A DNA stretch of 64,000 nucleotides from an uncultured Gammaproteobacteria bacterium. GTDB lineage: Bacteria; Patescibacteriota; Patescibacteriia; Magasanikbacterales; UBA922. Both the position numbers and the translations under genes were made by a program. Below are positions 53,422 through 63,940 of this stretch, piece by piece. Below the pieces are notes generated by a model. The model saw nothing but the letters and a program-made list of their open reading frames with translations, did no database searches and had not been told where the DNA came from. The number at the start of each line of letters is the position of its first letter. Within the stretch, counting starts at the first letter, position 1. The stretch is from NCBI GenBank assembly GCA_964447765.1, contig CAYUTO010000002.1, positions 148,316 through 212,315 on the forward strand, read 5' to 3'.

Positions 53422-54384
53422 ATGGTTTCAGTGATTATTACGGTAAAAAATGAAAGTACAAATATTAGAGACTGGTTTCAGAGTCTCAAACTTCAGACGA
53501 GGTTTCCTGATGAAATTGTGATTGTTGATGGCGGGTCAACTGACGGAACCTGGGAATATCTTCAAAGTATTACTTCTAATACTGTTCGTGTATTTCAAGA
53601 AAAAGGCAATATTGCTCATGGGCGAAATTATGCGATTAGTCGTGCCACGGGAGATATAATTGTCGCGACTGACGCAGGGTGTGTATACGCTCCTCATTGG
53701 CTCGAAGGTATTCTTGCGCCATTGGAAGCGGGGGAAGCACAAGGTGCTGCGACAGCCTTTAAACCATGGTTAAAAACTGATGATAGTCTGACAGTGGTAA
53801 TGATTGCTTCAGCAACAACTCCAATACAAAGAGAATTTACTAAGAAATGGTTTCCTTCAAGTAGATCGTGTGCATTTTTGAAAAGTGTATGGAGTGACGT
53901 AGATGGATATCCTGAGTGGATCCCTTATTGTGAGGATATAATTTTCGATATACAAATAGAAAAGACGGGGAATACGATCAAATTAATCAATGATCCGTTA
54001 GTAGCATGGAGACCTCGATTGACGGTGAGTGAGTATTGTCGACAATTATATAATTACACGCGAAGTGACGCTCATGGGAAATTATTTTATGGAAGACAAT
54101 TTGTACGGTTTGTGGTATATGCTGGTTTAATTGTTTTGATAGGTTTCACCATTATGTATTCGCTGTGGTTCGCTTTGGTAATTATGTTGTGCGGGTCAAT
54201 GTACATGAAAAAGTTTTGGAATCGTTTTGTTGAGTTTTCAAAAACAAAAAAAATACCTAGTCGGATACTAGGATTTTTGTTATTACCTTTTATTATTTTG
54301 ATTGGAGATGGTGCAAAGATGTACGGCTGGATGGTAGGATTGATCGAGCGATGGAGTGGGAGAATAAGATACAGGCCTTATTGA
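53422..54384 (+). CDS. GT2-family glycosyltransferase with a C-terminal membrane segment.
   Basis: MVSVIITVKNESTNIRDWFQSL...IVIVDGGSTDGT and TDAG (DXD-like). The C-terminal TM helices are FVVYAGLIVLIGF.... The ORF track starts at 53401. The ATG at 53422 avoids overlap. Confidence 0.7.
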   Translation: MVSVIITVKNESTNIRDWFQSLKLQTRFPDEIVIVDGGSTDGTWEYLQSITSNTVRVFQEKGNIAHGRNYAISRATGDIIVATDAGCVYAPHWLEGILAPLEAGEAQGAATAFKPWLKTDDSLTVVMIASATTPIQREFTKKWFPSSRSCAFLKSVWSDVDGYPEWIPYCEDIIFDIQIEKTGNTIKLINDPLVAWRPRLTVSEYCRQLYNYTRSDAHGKLFYGRQFVRFVVYAGLIVLIGFTIMYSLWFALVIMLCGSMYMKKFWNRFVEFSKTKKIPSRILGFLLLPFIILIGDGAKMYGWMVGLIERWSGRIRYRPY

Positions 54385-55538
54385 GCTAAAGTTTTCTCAA
54401 TAGATTCCCATAGTTTTTTTGCAGTACTTTCCCACGAAAAGTGCAGTCGTTGTTTCTTACCATTCTCAATTAGTTGTTTTCTAAGTTTAGTGTCAGAATA
54501 AATAGTCTGCATAGCATTTTTTATTTCTTCTACACTAAATGGATCAAAATAAAGTGCGGCATTTCCTGCAATTTCTGGCAATGAAGTGACGTGTGAAGAG
54601 ATGATAGGAACCTCTGAATTCATCGCTTCAATCAAGGGGACACCAAATCCTTCGAAGTAAGGTGGGTATGTAAGACAAAAAGCAGATCCGAGCAAGACAT
54701 GTAGTTCATGATCGTCTACGCGACCGGTAAAAATAACGTCGTTCTTATGAGTAAGTGATTGCAAGATTTTTTGAATTTTTGATTTACCCCAAAACATTCG
54801 TCCAGAAATAACTAACTTCATATCACTACCGCTCTCTTTTTTAAACAAATCAAAGGCTTGAAGTAGTCTGCTAATATTTTTTCTTGGATGCACAGATCCG
54901 ATAAATATAAAATACTCTTTTTCGTTAGTGTATTTTTTGCGTGTTGCTATCTTTGACTCTTCAACAAGTGTTTTGAAGTTTAGATCAGCGCCGTTGTATA
55001 CGACATCGATCTTAGAGGGGTTTAGATCATACTGTTTTACCAAATCAGCTTTGCTGTAATCGGAAACGGTAGCAATTCTCGTAGCTTCACGAGCATATCG
55101 TGGAAAAAAGAGGTTATAGAATGTTGATGTTAAAAATTTTAGGTCTTTTGGGTAATGTACAAAGTTGATATCATGGATGACTGATAATATTTTTGTATTG
55201 CAGCCAAGAGGTATAATTCCATCAGGGGAGATAAATAAGTCAGGGCTGATTTTTTTGATGGTAGATTTGAGTCGTACGTGATACCAGAGATAGGTGAATA
55301 GGGGGTTTTTGGTAGCAGGGGACAAAACAATTGGAGTAATGTTTGTCGAAAAAATAAAAGATGGATCGTATGGGCGATCGAATATAAAAAAGAATTGCAC
55401 TTCAGGGTGTGTGGTAGTGATTTTTTGAAGAGTATGGTACGCAAAATAACCGATACCATCAAGATGATTCTTCTGGAGCATTCGCGTATGTATGGCGATG
55501 GTAATCTGCTTCATAGAGTGGTAGTGCTTAGGATACAT
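54378..55538 (-). CDS. Glycosyltransferase family 4 (minus strand).
   Basis: EGFGVPLIEAMNSEVPIISSHVTSLPEIAGNAALYFDP is the GT4 motif. Its 3' end overlaps the convergent GT2 gene by 7 nt. Confidence 0.8.
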   Translation of the reverse strand: MYPKHYHSMKQITIAIHTRMLQKNHLDGIGYFAYHTLQKITTTHPEVQFFFIFDRPYDPSFIFSTNITPIVLSPATKNPLFTYLWYHVRLKSTIKKISPDLFISPDGIIPLGCNTKILSVIHDINFVHYPKDLKFLTSTFYNLFFPRYAREATRIATVSDYSKADLVKQYDLNPSKIDVVYNGADLNFKTLVEESKIATRKKYTNEKEYFIFIGSVHPRKNISRLLQAFDLFKKESGSDMKLVISGRMFWGKSKIQKILQSLTHKNDVIFTGRVDDHELHVLLGSAFCLTYPPYFEGFGVPLIEAMNSEVPIISSHVTSLPEIAGNAALYFDPFSVEEIKNAMQTIYSDTKLRKQLIENGKKQRLHFSWESTAKKLWESIEKTLAQ

Positions 55539-55576
55539 GACTATAGTATCGTATATGGCGTATTTCTTCCAGTAGC

Positions 55577-55605
55577 TTGCAAATTGGTGTATTTTACGAT
55601 ATTAT
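55577..55605 (+). promoter_or_regulatory. sigma70-like promoter: TTGCAA, 17 nt, TATTAT. It ends 9 nt before the ATG at 55615, giving a near-leaderless transcript.
   Basis: Read directly. No Shine-Dalgarno sequence lies between the -10 and the start codon. Confidence 0.5.
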
Positions 55606-55614
55606 CTAGCAAGT

Positions 55615-56166
55615 ATGGAAACAAAAAAATTGAATCTAGGGTGTGGAACTACGATACAAAAAGGTTGGGTAAATCTTGATATTTCACCGTTGCCAGGAGT
55701 GGATGTGGTTCATGATATTGAGAAGCTTCCGCTTCCGTTTAATGAAAATGAGTTTAATGAAATTCTCTGCCAGGATATTCTTGAGCATGTTGAGTATATC
55801 CCCATTTTAAAAGAACTTCATCGAATACTGGTGTCTGGTGGTGTAGTTTCAATACGAGTACCTCATTTTAGTTCCAAACATAATTTTATTGATCCGACAC
55901 ATAAAAAAATGTTTTCAATCAACACGTTTGATTTTTTTGTAAAAAACTCTTTTCAGCAGCACGGACGAGGATACTATTTTGATTTCGCTTTTAGTTCATG
56001 TTCAAGTGCAAAAATAACGTTTGAACGAGGCTCAGTACTCTTCTTCTTACATCCGCTTATCGAGCGATGGATTAATATGAGTCCTCGTATGCAGAAAATT
56101 TATGAGTCTACATTTCTCTCTCGCTTATTTCCAGCAGCTAATATCCTCGTTTCGCTTGTGAAGTAA
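55615..56166 (+). CDS. Class I SAM-dependent methyltransferase (Methyltransf_11-like).
   Basis: LNLGCGTTIQKGWVNLDI...ILCQDILEHV are the motif I and post-I regions. Confidence 0.75.
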   Translation: METKKLNLGCGTTIQKGWVNLDISPLPGVDVVHDIEKLPLPFNENEFNEILCQDILEHVEYIPILKELHRILVSGGVVSIRVPHFSSKHNFIDPTHKKMFSINTFDFFVKNSFQQHGRGYYFDFAFSSCSSAKITFERGSVLFFLHPLIERWINMSPRMQKIYESTFLSRLFPAANILVSLVK

Positions 56167-57038
56167 TGGTCTTAATTGGTGATATGAAACTTTCAATTAT
56201 TGTGGTGAACTGGAATACGTGTGACCTTACGAAACAAGCGCTCACTACTATTTTTGCTGAGACCCGTGGATTTGAATATGAAGTAATAGTAATTGATAAT
56301 AATTCATCTGATGCAAGTGTGCAAATGATTGCCGATGAATTTCCTCAAGTGGTATTAATTAAAAATACAGAAAATCTTGGTTTTGGAAAAGCAAATAATC
56401 AGGGAATGAACATTGCGCAAGGTGAATATATTTTTTTATTGAATAGCGATACAGTCGTGCTTGATCGTGCGGTTAATGTGCTCGTTGAATATTTGGAAGA
56501 ACATTCAGATGTGGGATGTGTAGGTCCTAAGCTACTTAATGGCGATATGACCTTCCAGCATGCGTGTCGGAGAAATCTTCCAAATCCAAAAAATGCTTTT
56601 TTTCATCTTTTTGGTTTCATTAAAATCTTCAAGCGTAGTTCGTCTGTTAATTCATACAAGCGACTAAACGACACTCCTGACATAACCGAAGAGGTTGAGG
56701 CAATCTCTGGTGCAGCTATGATGTTCCGACGGGTAGTGTTTGAAACAATCGGAGGATTTGATGAGAAATTCTTTTTTTATGGGGAGGATTTGGATCTCTG
56801 TAAAAGAATGCATGATAACAATTGGAAAATCATGTATGTACATAACGCCCGTATTATCCATTTTGGAGGGAGTAGTAGTAGTAAACGAAAACGAAGTGCA
56901 TTGATTAATTTTTACGACTCAATGTGGATATATTATAAGAAACATTTTACGTATAATTTTTTGTTTGATTTTGTTGTTTTTACTGGTATAAAAATTAAAA
57001 TGCTTATAGTGTTGGCTGTTAATTTTTTTAAAAAATGA
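56166..57038 (+). CDS. GT2-family glycosyltransferase.
   Basis: LSIIVVNWNTCDLTKQALTTI...IVIDNNSSDAS...LLNSDTVV, with an SxD/DXD arrangement. Confidence 0.75.
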   Translation: MVLIGDMKLSIIVVNWNTCDLTKQALTTIFAETRGFEYEVIVIDNNSSDASVQMIADEFPQVVLIKNTENLGFGKANNQGMNIAQGEYIFLLNSDTVVLDRAVNVLVEYLEEHSDVGCVGPKLLNGDMTFQHACRRNLPNPKNAFFHLFGFIKIFKRSSSVNSYKRLNDTPDITEEVEAISGAAMMFRRVVFETIGGFDEKFFFYGEDLDLCKRMHDNNWKIMYVHNARIIHFGGSSSSKRKRSALINFYDSMWIYYKKHFTYNFLFDFVVFTGIKIKMLIVLAVNFFKK

Positions 57039-57042
57039 AAGT

Positions 57043-57981
57043 ATGAAAACAATATTGGTCACTGGTGCCGCAGGTTTCATCGGTTCACATTTGGTGGAGA
57101 GATTATTGAAAGAGGGAAATCGAGTAATTGGGCTCGATAATTTATTTACGGGCTCAAAGAAAAATTTAGAAAGTGCGCTCAAGCATAAGAATTTTAAATT
57201 CATCGAACATGACATTGTTGAACCATTTTTTATTAAAGGAAAAGTAGATCAGGTATATAATCTTGCATGTCCAGCCTCCCCAATTCATTATCAGTCAAAT
57301 CAGGTTCACACAACCAAGGCGTGTACTATTGGTGTTATCAATGTGCTTGGCTTTGCACGAAAACACAGAGCTCGAGTACTCCAAGCGTCAACGTCAGAAG
57401 TGTATGGAGATCCAGAGCAGCATCCGCAGTCCGAAGAATATCGAGGAAATGTAAATCCAATCGGTCCGAGATCGTGTTATGACGAGGGGAAACGAGCTGC
57501 AGAGACTCTTTTCTTTGACTATTACCGCATGCATGGGATGGAGATAAAAATTGCGAGAATTTTCAATACCTACGGCCCGCGCATGTCAAAAGAAGATGGA
57601 AGAGTAGTTTCAAATTTTATTGTTCAGGCACTCCAGAAAAAACCGATCACGTTGTATGGTAAAGGTACACAGACACGTAGCTTTTGCTATGTGAGTGATC
57701 TGGTGGATGGTCTCATAAAACTCATGAATTCAGGAAAAAAAATACAAGGACCTATTAATCTGGGTAACCCAAAAGAACAGACGGTAAAAGATTTGGCAAT
57801 CATGGTACAGGCAATGACTGATTCTAAAAGTAAGATAGCCTACAAAAAGCTTCCTATTGATGATCCGCGACGACGATGTCCGGATATTACCAAGGCACAC
57901 AAGCTCTTGCGTTGGTCGCCAAAAATTGATATAAACAAAGGATTGCAAGAAACCATTGAATATTTTAGAACAGTGCTATGA
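57043..57981 (+). CDS. uxs: UDP-glucuronate decarboxylase (UDP-xylose synthase).
   Basis: ILVTGAAGFIGSHLVERLL. The YDEGKR catalytic YxxxK, and PIGPRSCYDEGKRAAE, are characteristic of UXS/ArnA-decarboxylase enzymes. It is 312 aa. Confidence 0.85.
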   Translation: MKTILVTGAAGFIGSHLVERLLKEGNRVIGLDNLFTGSKKNLESALKHKNFKFIEHDIVEPFFIKGKVDQVYNLACPASPIHYQSNQVHTTKACTIGVINVLGFARKHRARVLQASTSEVYGDPEQHPQSEEYRGNVNPIGPRSCYDEGKRAAETLFFDYYRMHGMEIKIARIFNTYGPRMSKEDGRVVSNFIVQALQKKPITLYGKGTQTRSFCYVSDLVDGLIKLMNSGKKIQGPINLGNPKEQTVKDLAIMVQAMTDSKSKIAYKKLPIDDPRRRCPDITKAHKLLRWSPKIDINKGLQETIEYFRTVL

Positions 57982-59381
57982 ACATTTTGTATATCGGTGC
58001 GGGATTTGTAGGTGCGTGCTCGGCAGCAGTATCAGCTGATTCAGGACATACAACGCTCGTCTATGATATTGATTCTGCAAGAATAGAAAAACTCTCAAGT
58101 AATGATCGGGATACGATTCAGTCATGTCTTCATGAGGAGGGTCTACCTGAGCTTTTGATTAGAAATAAAAATCGCATCACGTTTACTGATGCACATTCAG
58201 TGGTAGAAAAATATATAGATGAGGTCGATGTAGTATTTATGTGTCTTCCGACACCTGAAAAGCAAGGTGCAGCAGGAGAGACTGATCTTTCGTTTTATGA
58301 ACAATCAGTCAGGGAATTAGGTCCATTATTATCAAAAAGAAATGGAGGAACGCAGAAAAAACGATTGGTGATCGTGAATAAGAGCACGGTTCCTATAAAA
58401 ATGATTGACTATACTGAAAAATTATTTACCGAACAAGGTGTGCAAAATTTTGGCATTGTTTCGAATCCAGAATTCCTTGTTGAAGGGAAGGCAATCAAAG
58501 ATTCGATACACCCTGATCGCGTGGTGGTAGGTGCTCATACTTCGGAAGATTTTCAGATCATGCGCGAACTCTACCAGCGTTTTTATGACTCGAGTACTGT
58601 TGCGTATATTGAGGTAAATCCATACGAAGCAGCGTGTGGTAAATTAATTGCGAATTTTTTGCTGTTTAATAAAGTAGTTACTGCATATGACGTAGTAGGT
58701 AGAACATGTGAATATTTTGATAATGTAAATTATGAATCAGTAAGGAAAATTTTGATTGCCGATCCTCGTATTGGATCATGGGGGCTCTATAATAGTTTGT
58801 ATGCAGGCGGGAGCTGTTTTATCAAAGATGCCGCATCTCTCGCAAACCAGCTTGAGCAAGCAGGGTCTCATGCACATCTTATTCGAGAGTCTCTCGAAGC
58901 GAACACGTTTCAATGTAATCATTTTTTTAGTCGAGCAGAGACTGATGCATCTATGGAATGGTCCCATAAACGAGTAGGTGTACTCGGTCTTGCATTCAAA
59001 CAATCAACAAATGACATTAGAAATTCAGGTGCGATTAATATTATCCATGAATTGCTTGGTGCTGGGGTCGGGGAAATAAAAGTATATGATCCTGCAGCCC
59101 TTGCGGAAGCCAAGAAGTATTTTAATCCTGAAAAGAATGAGTTGTACCAGAAGATCGTGTATGTTAATAATGAAAGCGATGTATTAGAGGGTATTGATGT
59201 GTGTATTATTGCTACTGATTGGCCTCAGTTTAGGGGAGTTGGGGATCAATTGCTCGCTCTGAAAAATCGTCCACTCATTATGGATGGTCGACGAATCCTC
59301 CAGCATCAATATAAAGATCTGGTGGCCGCAGGTTTTTCCGTAATTGCGGTAGGGTCTCCATTTCTCTCTCAGTCTAACTAA
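57978..59381 (+). CDS. ugd: UDP-glucose 6-dehydrogenase.
   Basis: MNILYIGAGFVGACSAAV NAD-binding motif. GGSCFIKDAASL holds the catalytic Cys. It is 467 aa. Confidence 0.85.
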   Translation: MNILYIGAGFVGACSAAVSADSGHTTLVYDIDSARIEKLSSNDRDTIQSCLHEEGLPELLIRNKNRITFTDAHSVVEKYIDEVDVVFMCLPTPEKQGAAGETDLSFYEQSVRELGPLLSKRNGGTQKKRLVIVNKSTVPIKMIDYTEKLFTEQGVQNFGIVSNPEFLVEGKAIKDSIHPDRVVVGAHTSEDFQIMRELYQRFYDSSTVAYIEVNPYEAACGKLIANFLLFNKVVTAYDVVGRTCEYFDNVNYESVRKILIADPRIGSWGLYNSLYAGGSCFIKDAASLANQLEQAGSHAHLIRESLEANTFQCNHFFSRAETDASMEWSHKRVGVLGLAFKQSTNDIRNSGAINIIHELLGAGVGEIKVYDPAALAEAKKYFNPEKNELYQKIVYVNNESDVLEGIDVCIIATDWPQFRGVGDQLLALKNRPLIMDGRRILQHQYKDLVAAGFSVIAVGSPFLSQSN

Positions 59382-59401
59382 ATAACATTAATCCTAAAAA
59401 T

Positions 59402-60322
59402 ATGGCGAATTATCTGGTGACTGGTGGTGCAGGATTTATCGGAACCAATTTGGTGATTGAACTAAAAAAAGCTGGACACTCAGTCAAAGTAATTGATAAT
59501 TTTTCAGGTGGACGAAAAGAAAATCGAATCCAAAAGGATGTTGCCTATATAGAGGGTGATATACGTGATTTGGATCTATTAGTACGCGAAATGAAGGGTA
59601 TGGATGGTGTATTCCATCTTGCCGCTCTCCCTCGGGTAATTTATTCGGTTGAGCATCCTCAAGAAACACATGATGTAAATGTAAATGGGACACTTAATGT
59701 GCTTCTTGCAGCCAGAGATGCGGGGGTTAAACGTGTAGTATTCTCGTCATCTTCTTCTGCATATGGGGATCAACCACGGGAGGTATTTCCTCTAAAAGAA
59801 GATGAAATAATCAAAAAACCAATTGCGCCCTACGCACTGCATAAGTTCATTGGAGAAGAATATTGCAGACTTTTTGCAGAACTCTACAAGGTAGAAACTG
59901 TTTCGTTGGTATACTACAATGTATATGGTTCATTTTCTGATCCAGAAGGTGCCTATGCATTAGTAATTGGTAAATTTTTAAAGCTTCGAAAAGAAGGAAA
60001 ACCGCTTACTATACGTGGTGATGGTGAGTATTATCGAGATTATACACATGTGAGAGATGTTGTTAGTGCAAATATACTAGCAATGACCAAAGATACTGTA
60101 GGAAAGGGAGAAGTGATTAATGTTGGAAACAACAATCCGTATTCGGTGAATCAGCTTGCAGAGCTTATTGGTGGGGAAACAACCTTGGTAGAATCATTCC
60201 CTGGCGAAATGCGCTACACCAATGCAGACATTACTAAAGCAAAGAAGATGCTTGGCTGGGCCCCAACTATTACTCTTGAAGAAGGAATTACTGAACTCAA
60301 AAAAGAGTGGGGAATCGAATAA
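59402..60322 (+). CDS. NAD-dependent sugar-nucleotide 4-epimerase (SDR, GalE/WbpP-like).
   Basis: LVTGGAGFIGTNLV. YALHK is the catalytic YxxxK. SSSSAYG is an S-x-x-AYG-type motif. Confidence 0.7.
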   Translation: MANYLVTGGAGFIGTNLVIELKKAGHSVKVIDNFSGGRKENRIQKDVAYIEGDIRDLDLLVREMKGMDGVFHLAALPRVIYSVEHPQETHDVNVNGTLNVLLAARDAGVKRVVFSSSSSAYGDQPREVFPLKEDEIIKKPIAPYALHKFIGEEYCRLFAELYKVETVSLVYYNVYGSFSDPEGAYALVIGKFLKLRKEGKPLTIRGDGEYYRDYTHVRDVVSANILAMTKDTVGKGEVINVGNNNPYSVNQLAELIGGETTLVESFPGEMRYTNADITKAKKMLGWAPTITLEEGITELKKEWGIE

Positions 60323-60351
60323 AGTTAAAATTCAAAACGAAAAAGGTAAAA

Positions 60352-60385
60352 GAAAATACACGAGAGATGATCGTGTATTTTTTTA
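60352..60385. terminator. Bidirectional Rho-independent terminator (A-run, atacacga-gagatga-tcgtgtat, T7) between convergent genes.
   Basis: Read directly. Confidence 0.65.
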
Positions 60386-60438
60386 GTTATATATTTTGAA
60401 TTCTTCTTTTTACTTTTTTGTTTTAACTTTTAAGATTT

Positions 60439-61863
60439 CTATTGCCCCATTCCTCGGAGCACTACATTGATAGTACGAAGTATGATTGAGAGGTCGAGAA
60501 GGGCTGATTTATTTTTGATGTAGTATAGATCGTATTGTAATTTTTTGAGAGAAGATTCCAGGTCTTCGGTATAGTGTTGTTGGATTGCAGCCCAGCCTGT
60601 GATACCAGGCTTGATAATATGACGAAGCGGATAGTACGGCATGAGTTCTGTAAGTTTTTCTACAATCTCAGGTCGCTCAGGTCGAGGTCCTACTAGGGTC
60701 ACATCTCCTTTGATGAGATTAAATGCTTGAGGAAGTTCATCGAGTCTAGTTTTCCTCAAAAATTTGCCTACTGACGTAATTCGATTATCATTTTTTTTGG
60801 CGAATTCATATCCGTGAGTTTCAGCACTTCCATCTTCTGCGAGTACATACATCGTGCGTAATTTATACATCCAGAATATTTTCCCCCCTTCACCAACCAT
60901 CCGATTAGTTTCTTTTTCACCTCGCTGTTGTTTGAAAAAAATGGGTCCAGGCGAAGATAATTTGATCGCAATCGCAAGAAAGGGAAAAAGCACTATGAAA
61001 GTAAGTCCAAATAGAAAACCAAACATAATGTCGGTACCACGTTTTGCCTTGGCATAGACTGGGTGTTCAGCGGTTTGTAAGTTACTGAGGAACCAGCTTT
61101 CAGAAAAAGTACTCGGTGGGATTCGACCAGTCACTGTTTCGTAAAACGAAGTCATGTCAAGAATTTGTACTTGCCAGAAAAGTAGTTCATACAATTCCCT
61201 TCGTACCTCTTCTCTGTCGCTCATGCCTGGAGCTACGACAACAGTATGAATGTGCTGGGTATCGATAGCAGGACGTAGGGTGTTTAGTGTGTAGTACACC
61301 TCTACTTCATCCTGTGGAGGTTTTTGAAAATGAGTATCAGGGTCGATGACAGTTGAAACGTGATATCCAAGATTTGGTTGGTTCGCAATAATCGAAATAA
61401 GCTCTTTTACTTCGTCGGTTACTCCAAGGAATAAAATGCGTGTTTTAAGTTTGTGAGTCCCAATGTAGGTAAGGTAGAGAGTTCGGAAAAGAGTGGCTAT
61501 GCCAAAACCAATAACGGTAGTAAGAAGAAGTATGGTTTTTGGGCTAATATCATCAGACGGTATAAGGTAGAAAAAAATCATTCCAACTATAAATGCGACT
61601 ACAGCAGATTCGATGGTTCTGCGTGTATTGCTATTCAGTGTCATGAGTCGAAGATCATATAAACCAGTGATATAGTTTGCGATGATCCAAAGACAAAAAA
61701 CCACTGTAAAGGGGCTGAGGTGGCGGACAATTTGCTCGATGGTGGGTATCGTTAGTGTACGAAGTCCTAAAGCAAGAATAAACCCTGCATAATAGGAGGT
61801 AAAATCGCCGAGAAGAAGCAAAATTTGTCTCATTCGGTAACTAAAAGTGATGTTTGCGAACAC
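60439..61863 (-). CDS. Polyprenyl-phosphate glycosyl-1-phosphate transferase (bacterial sugar transferase, WbaP/PglC-type initiating enzyme).
   Basis: The C-terminal catalytic domain ...LRKTRLDELPQAFNLIKGDVTLVGPRPERPE is the hallmark of this family. It also has N-terminal TM helices and a central nucleotide-binding-like domain. Confidence 0.85.
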   Translation of the reverse strand: MFANITFSYRMRQILLLLGDFTSYYAGFILALGLRTLTIPTIEQIVRHLSPFTVVFCLWIIANYITGLYDLRLMTLNSNTRRTIESAVVAFIVGMIFFYLIPSDDISPKTILLLTTVIGFGIATLFRTLYLTYIGTHKLKTRILFLGVTDEVKELISIIANQPNLGYHVSTVIDPDTHFQKPPQDEVEVYYTLNTLRPAIDTQHIHTVVVAPGMSDREEVRRELYELLFWQVQILDMTSFYETVTGRIPPSTFSESWFLSNLQTAEHPVYAKAKRGTDIMFGFLFGLTFIVLFPFLAIAIKLSSPGPIFFKQQRGEKETNRMVGEGGKIFWMYKLRTMYVLAEDGSAETHGYEFAKKNDNRITSVGKFLRKTRLDELPQAFNLIKGDVTLVGPRPERPEIVEKLTELMPYYPLRHIIKPGITGWAAIQQHYTEDLESSLKKLQYDLYYIKNKSALLDLSIILRTINVVLRGMGQ

Positions 61864-61933
61864 AGGTTTGGTGTGTTATACTTATAAAGATAATTTAGCA
61901 GAGTTTTGAAAAAAAAACAAGTGGTTTTAGAGT

Positions 61934-63931
61934 ATGCTTAACTTCAAAAATACAGTCCTCTATTTAGCTATTATATTGGTTTTTACACCTGTTGCAACCG
62001 ACCAGGTGTATGCTGAGTTTCCTAATGACCCGAATGCGCGTCAGTGGTCCTATGCAACCGCAGACGTGTATCGTGCATGGGAACAGACCTCAGGCTCACG
62101 GCAGATAGTTGTGGCAATTATTGATAATGGTTTTGATGAAACACATCCCGACCTGGTTGAAGCGAGATGGATCAATGAAGATGAAATATCAGGTAATGGT
62201 CGTGATGATGACTCAAATGGGTATATCGATGATATTCATGGGTGGAATTTTGTGAACAACTATCAAAAAATAGAGCAGGGGTCAGATGAAGATTATAATG
62301 AAAATGAACATTCTGTAGTAAACCATGCGACGGTTGTTGCGGGAATTATTGGTGCAGTTGGGAACAATGGTAAGTATGGAGTAGGAATAGCATATGGGAT
62401 ACGACTGATGAATTTGCAAGTAGTTGATGATTATGGATTAGGTGCTCCTGAAGCATTAGTCGAGGCAATTTATTATGCAGTGAATAATGGTGCAAGTGTA
62501 ATCAATATCAGCATGGTGGGTAAAGGTTCAGTGCCAGAAGTGCGGTCCGCAATTAATTATGCATACCAGAAAGGTGTGATTATCGTAGGTGCTGCAGGAA
62601 ATGACAGGGAAAATCTCAATGAAACTCCCTGGTTTCCGATATGCAACGATATGCATGATCCGTATACTCAGGTCATCGGAGTGAGTGCTATTGATTCGTC
62701 GCGTAGATTGGCAGGTTTTTCAAACACTGGTGCGTCCTGCATCGATATGGCAGCTCCTGGGGTGGATATTGCCGGCCCTATTCGATCTTCAAATACTGAA
62801 TCTTATGTAAATGGTTGGAATGGAACCTCATTTGCTACTCCATTTGTTAGTGCTGCAGTAGCGCTAGTAAGGAGTGTTCAGCCTACGTGGCACATTGATC
62901 AGGTTGTTCGAACTCTCAAATCCACCGTGCGCCACACTCCAAGCCCTGATGAATCAGTGTATGCAGAGGCGTATGGGAAAGGCTTGGTTCAAATTGGTAC
63001 TGCAGTCGAAAGTGCAAAAATTGGAGTGGTACTTGCTCCAAAATTGTTTATTGAAGGAGAAATTGATTCATCCTTTACGGCTCCTCGAAGATTGTTGGTG
63101 AGTTCTGAGGGGCAGAGTCTGTTTGCGGACGTACTACAGGGCAATAAAATTGACGTTGCGGCAGCTCCACTAAAAGATGTAGTGGCTATGACCACCTTTC
63201 GCGAAGTGAATGGTACGCCCTTATATGCAGTAGTAAAGAAAAATGGAAAAACATCAAGTGTTCATATTTACACAACAACATGGATTGAAAAATATAGATG
63301 GTCACTTGGTAGTACACCTTCGCAAATACTGGTAGCGGATATTGAGGGTGATTCTGATAAAGAAGTGGTGATTGCTACCGAAAATGGGGGTATGAGTGTC
63401 TTTAGTCTCAACGGTACAAAACGTGGTGTAATACAAAACATCGAAGGACAAACTAAAGGATTTGGAGTAGTGCATCATAATTCTGAAACAGGAAACGATG
63501 AAATTATATATGCATCGGTAACTGCAAACTCGAATACCGTGTTTAGAAGAGTTACTTCGATGGTTGATGCTCCAGAAAAATTGTTTGAAACTGCGCTCAA
63601 GTCACTAGGAAGTATTGCCTACCTCAACGGTGTTGAAGATAGTATTGTAGTTGGGTCAGAAATTGGGACTGGATCACTGGTGACCATTTTTTCACTTAGT
63701 GGTGAGGAAAAAAATTCATTTCGCCCATATGATTTAGGTTTTCGAGGTGGGGTACAGGTCTCGGGAGTATTGTATGGTGAAGAAGGTCTCGAGCATATTG
63801 TGACAACTCCAAAACGTGGCGTAGAGTCATTGCGTATTTTTGATAGCACAGGAAATATTCTTCTTGATAAATCGGTCGATACGGTGTTGTCTCCTGAAAA
63901 AAACGTGTTCACCGCTATCGCTTCATTTTAA
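61934..63931 (+). CDS. Secreted subtilisin-like (S8) serine protease with a C-terminal FG-GAP/beta-propeller-like domain.
   Basis: Signal peptide. Asp motif VAIIDNGFDETHPDL. His region NHATVVAGIIGA. Ser motif GTSFATPFVSAAVAL. The C-terminus has VADIEGDSDKEVVIATENGG-type repeats. Confidence 0.8.
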   Translation: MLNFKNTVLYLAIILVFTPVATDQVYAEFPNDPNARQWSYATADVYRAWEQTSGSRQIVVAIIDNGFDETHPDLVEARWINEDEISGNGRDDDSNGYIDDIHGWNFVNNYQKIEQGSDEDYNENEHSVVNHATVVAGIIGAVGNNGKYGVGIAYGIRLMNLQVVDDYGLGAPEALVEAIYYAVNNGASVINISMVGKGSVPEVRSAINYAYQKGVIIVGAAGNDRENLNETPWFPICNDMHDPYTQVIGVSAIDSSRRLAGFSNTGASCIDMAAPGVDIAGPIRSSNTESYVNGWNGTSFATPFVSAAVALVRSVQPTWHIDQVVRTLKSTVRHTPSPDESVYAEAYGKGLVQIGTAVESAKIGVVLAPKLFIEGEIDSSFTAPRRLLVSSEGQSLFADVLQGNKIDVAAAPLKDVVAMTTFREVNGTPLYAVVKKNGKTSSVHIYTTTWIEKYRWSLGSTPSQILVADIEGDSDKEVVIATENGGMSVFSLNGTKRGVIQNIEGQTKGFGVVHHNSETGNDEIIYASVTANSNTVFRRVTSMVDAPEKLFETALKSLGSIAYLNGVEDSIVVGSEIGTGSLVTIFSLSGEEKNSFRPYDLGFRGGVQVSGVLYGEEGLEHIVTTPKRGVESLRIFDSTGNILLDKSVDTVLSPEKNVFTAIASF

Positions 63932-63940
63932 TAATTTTGT

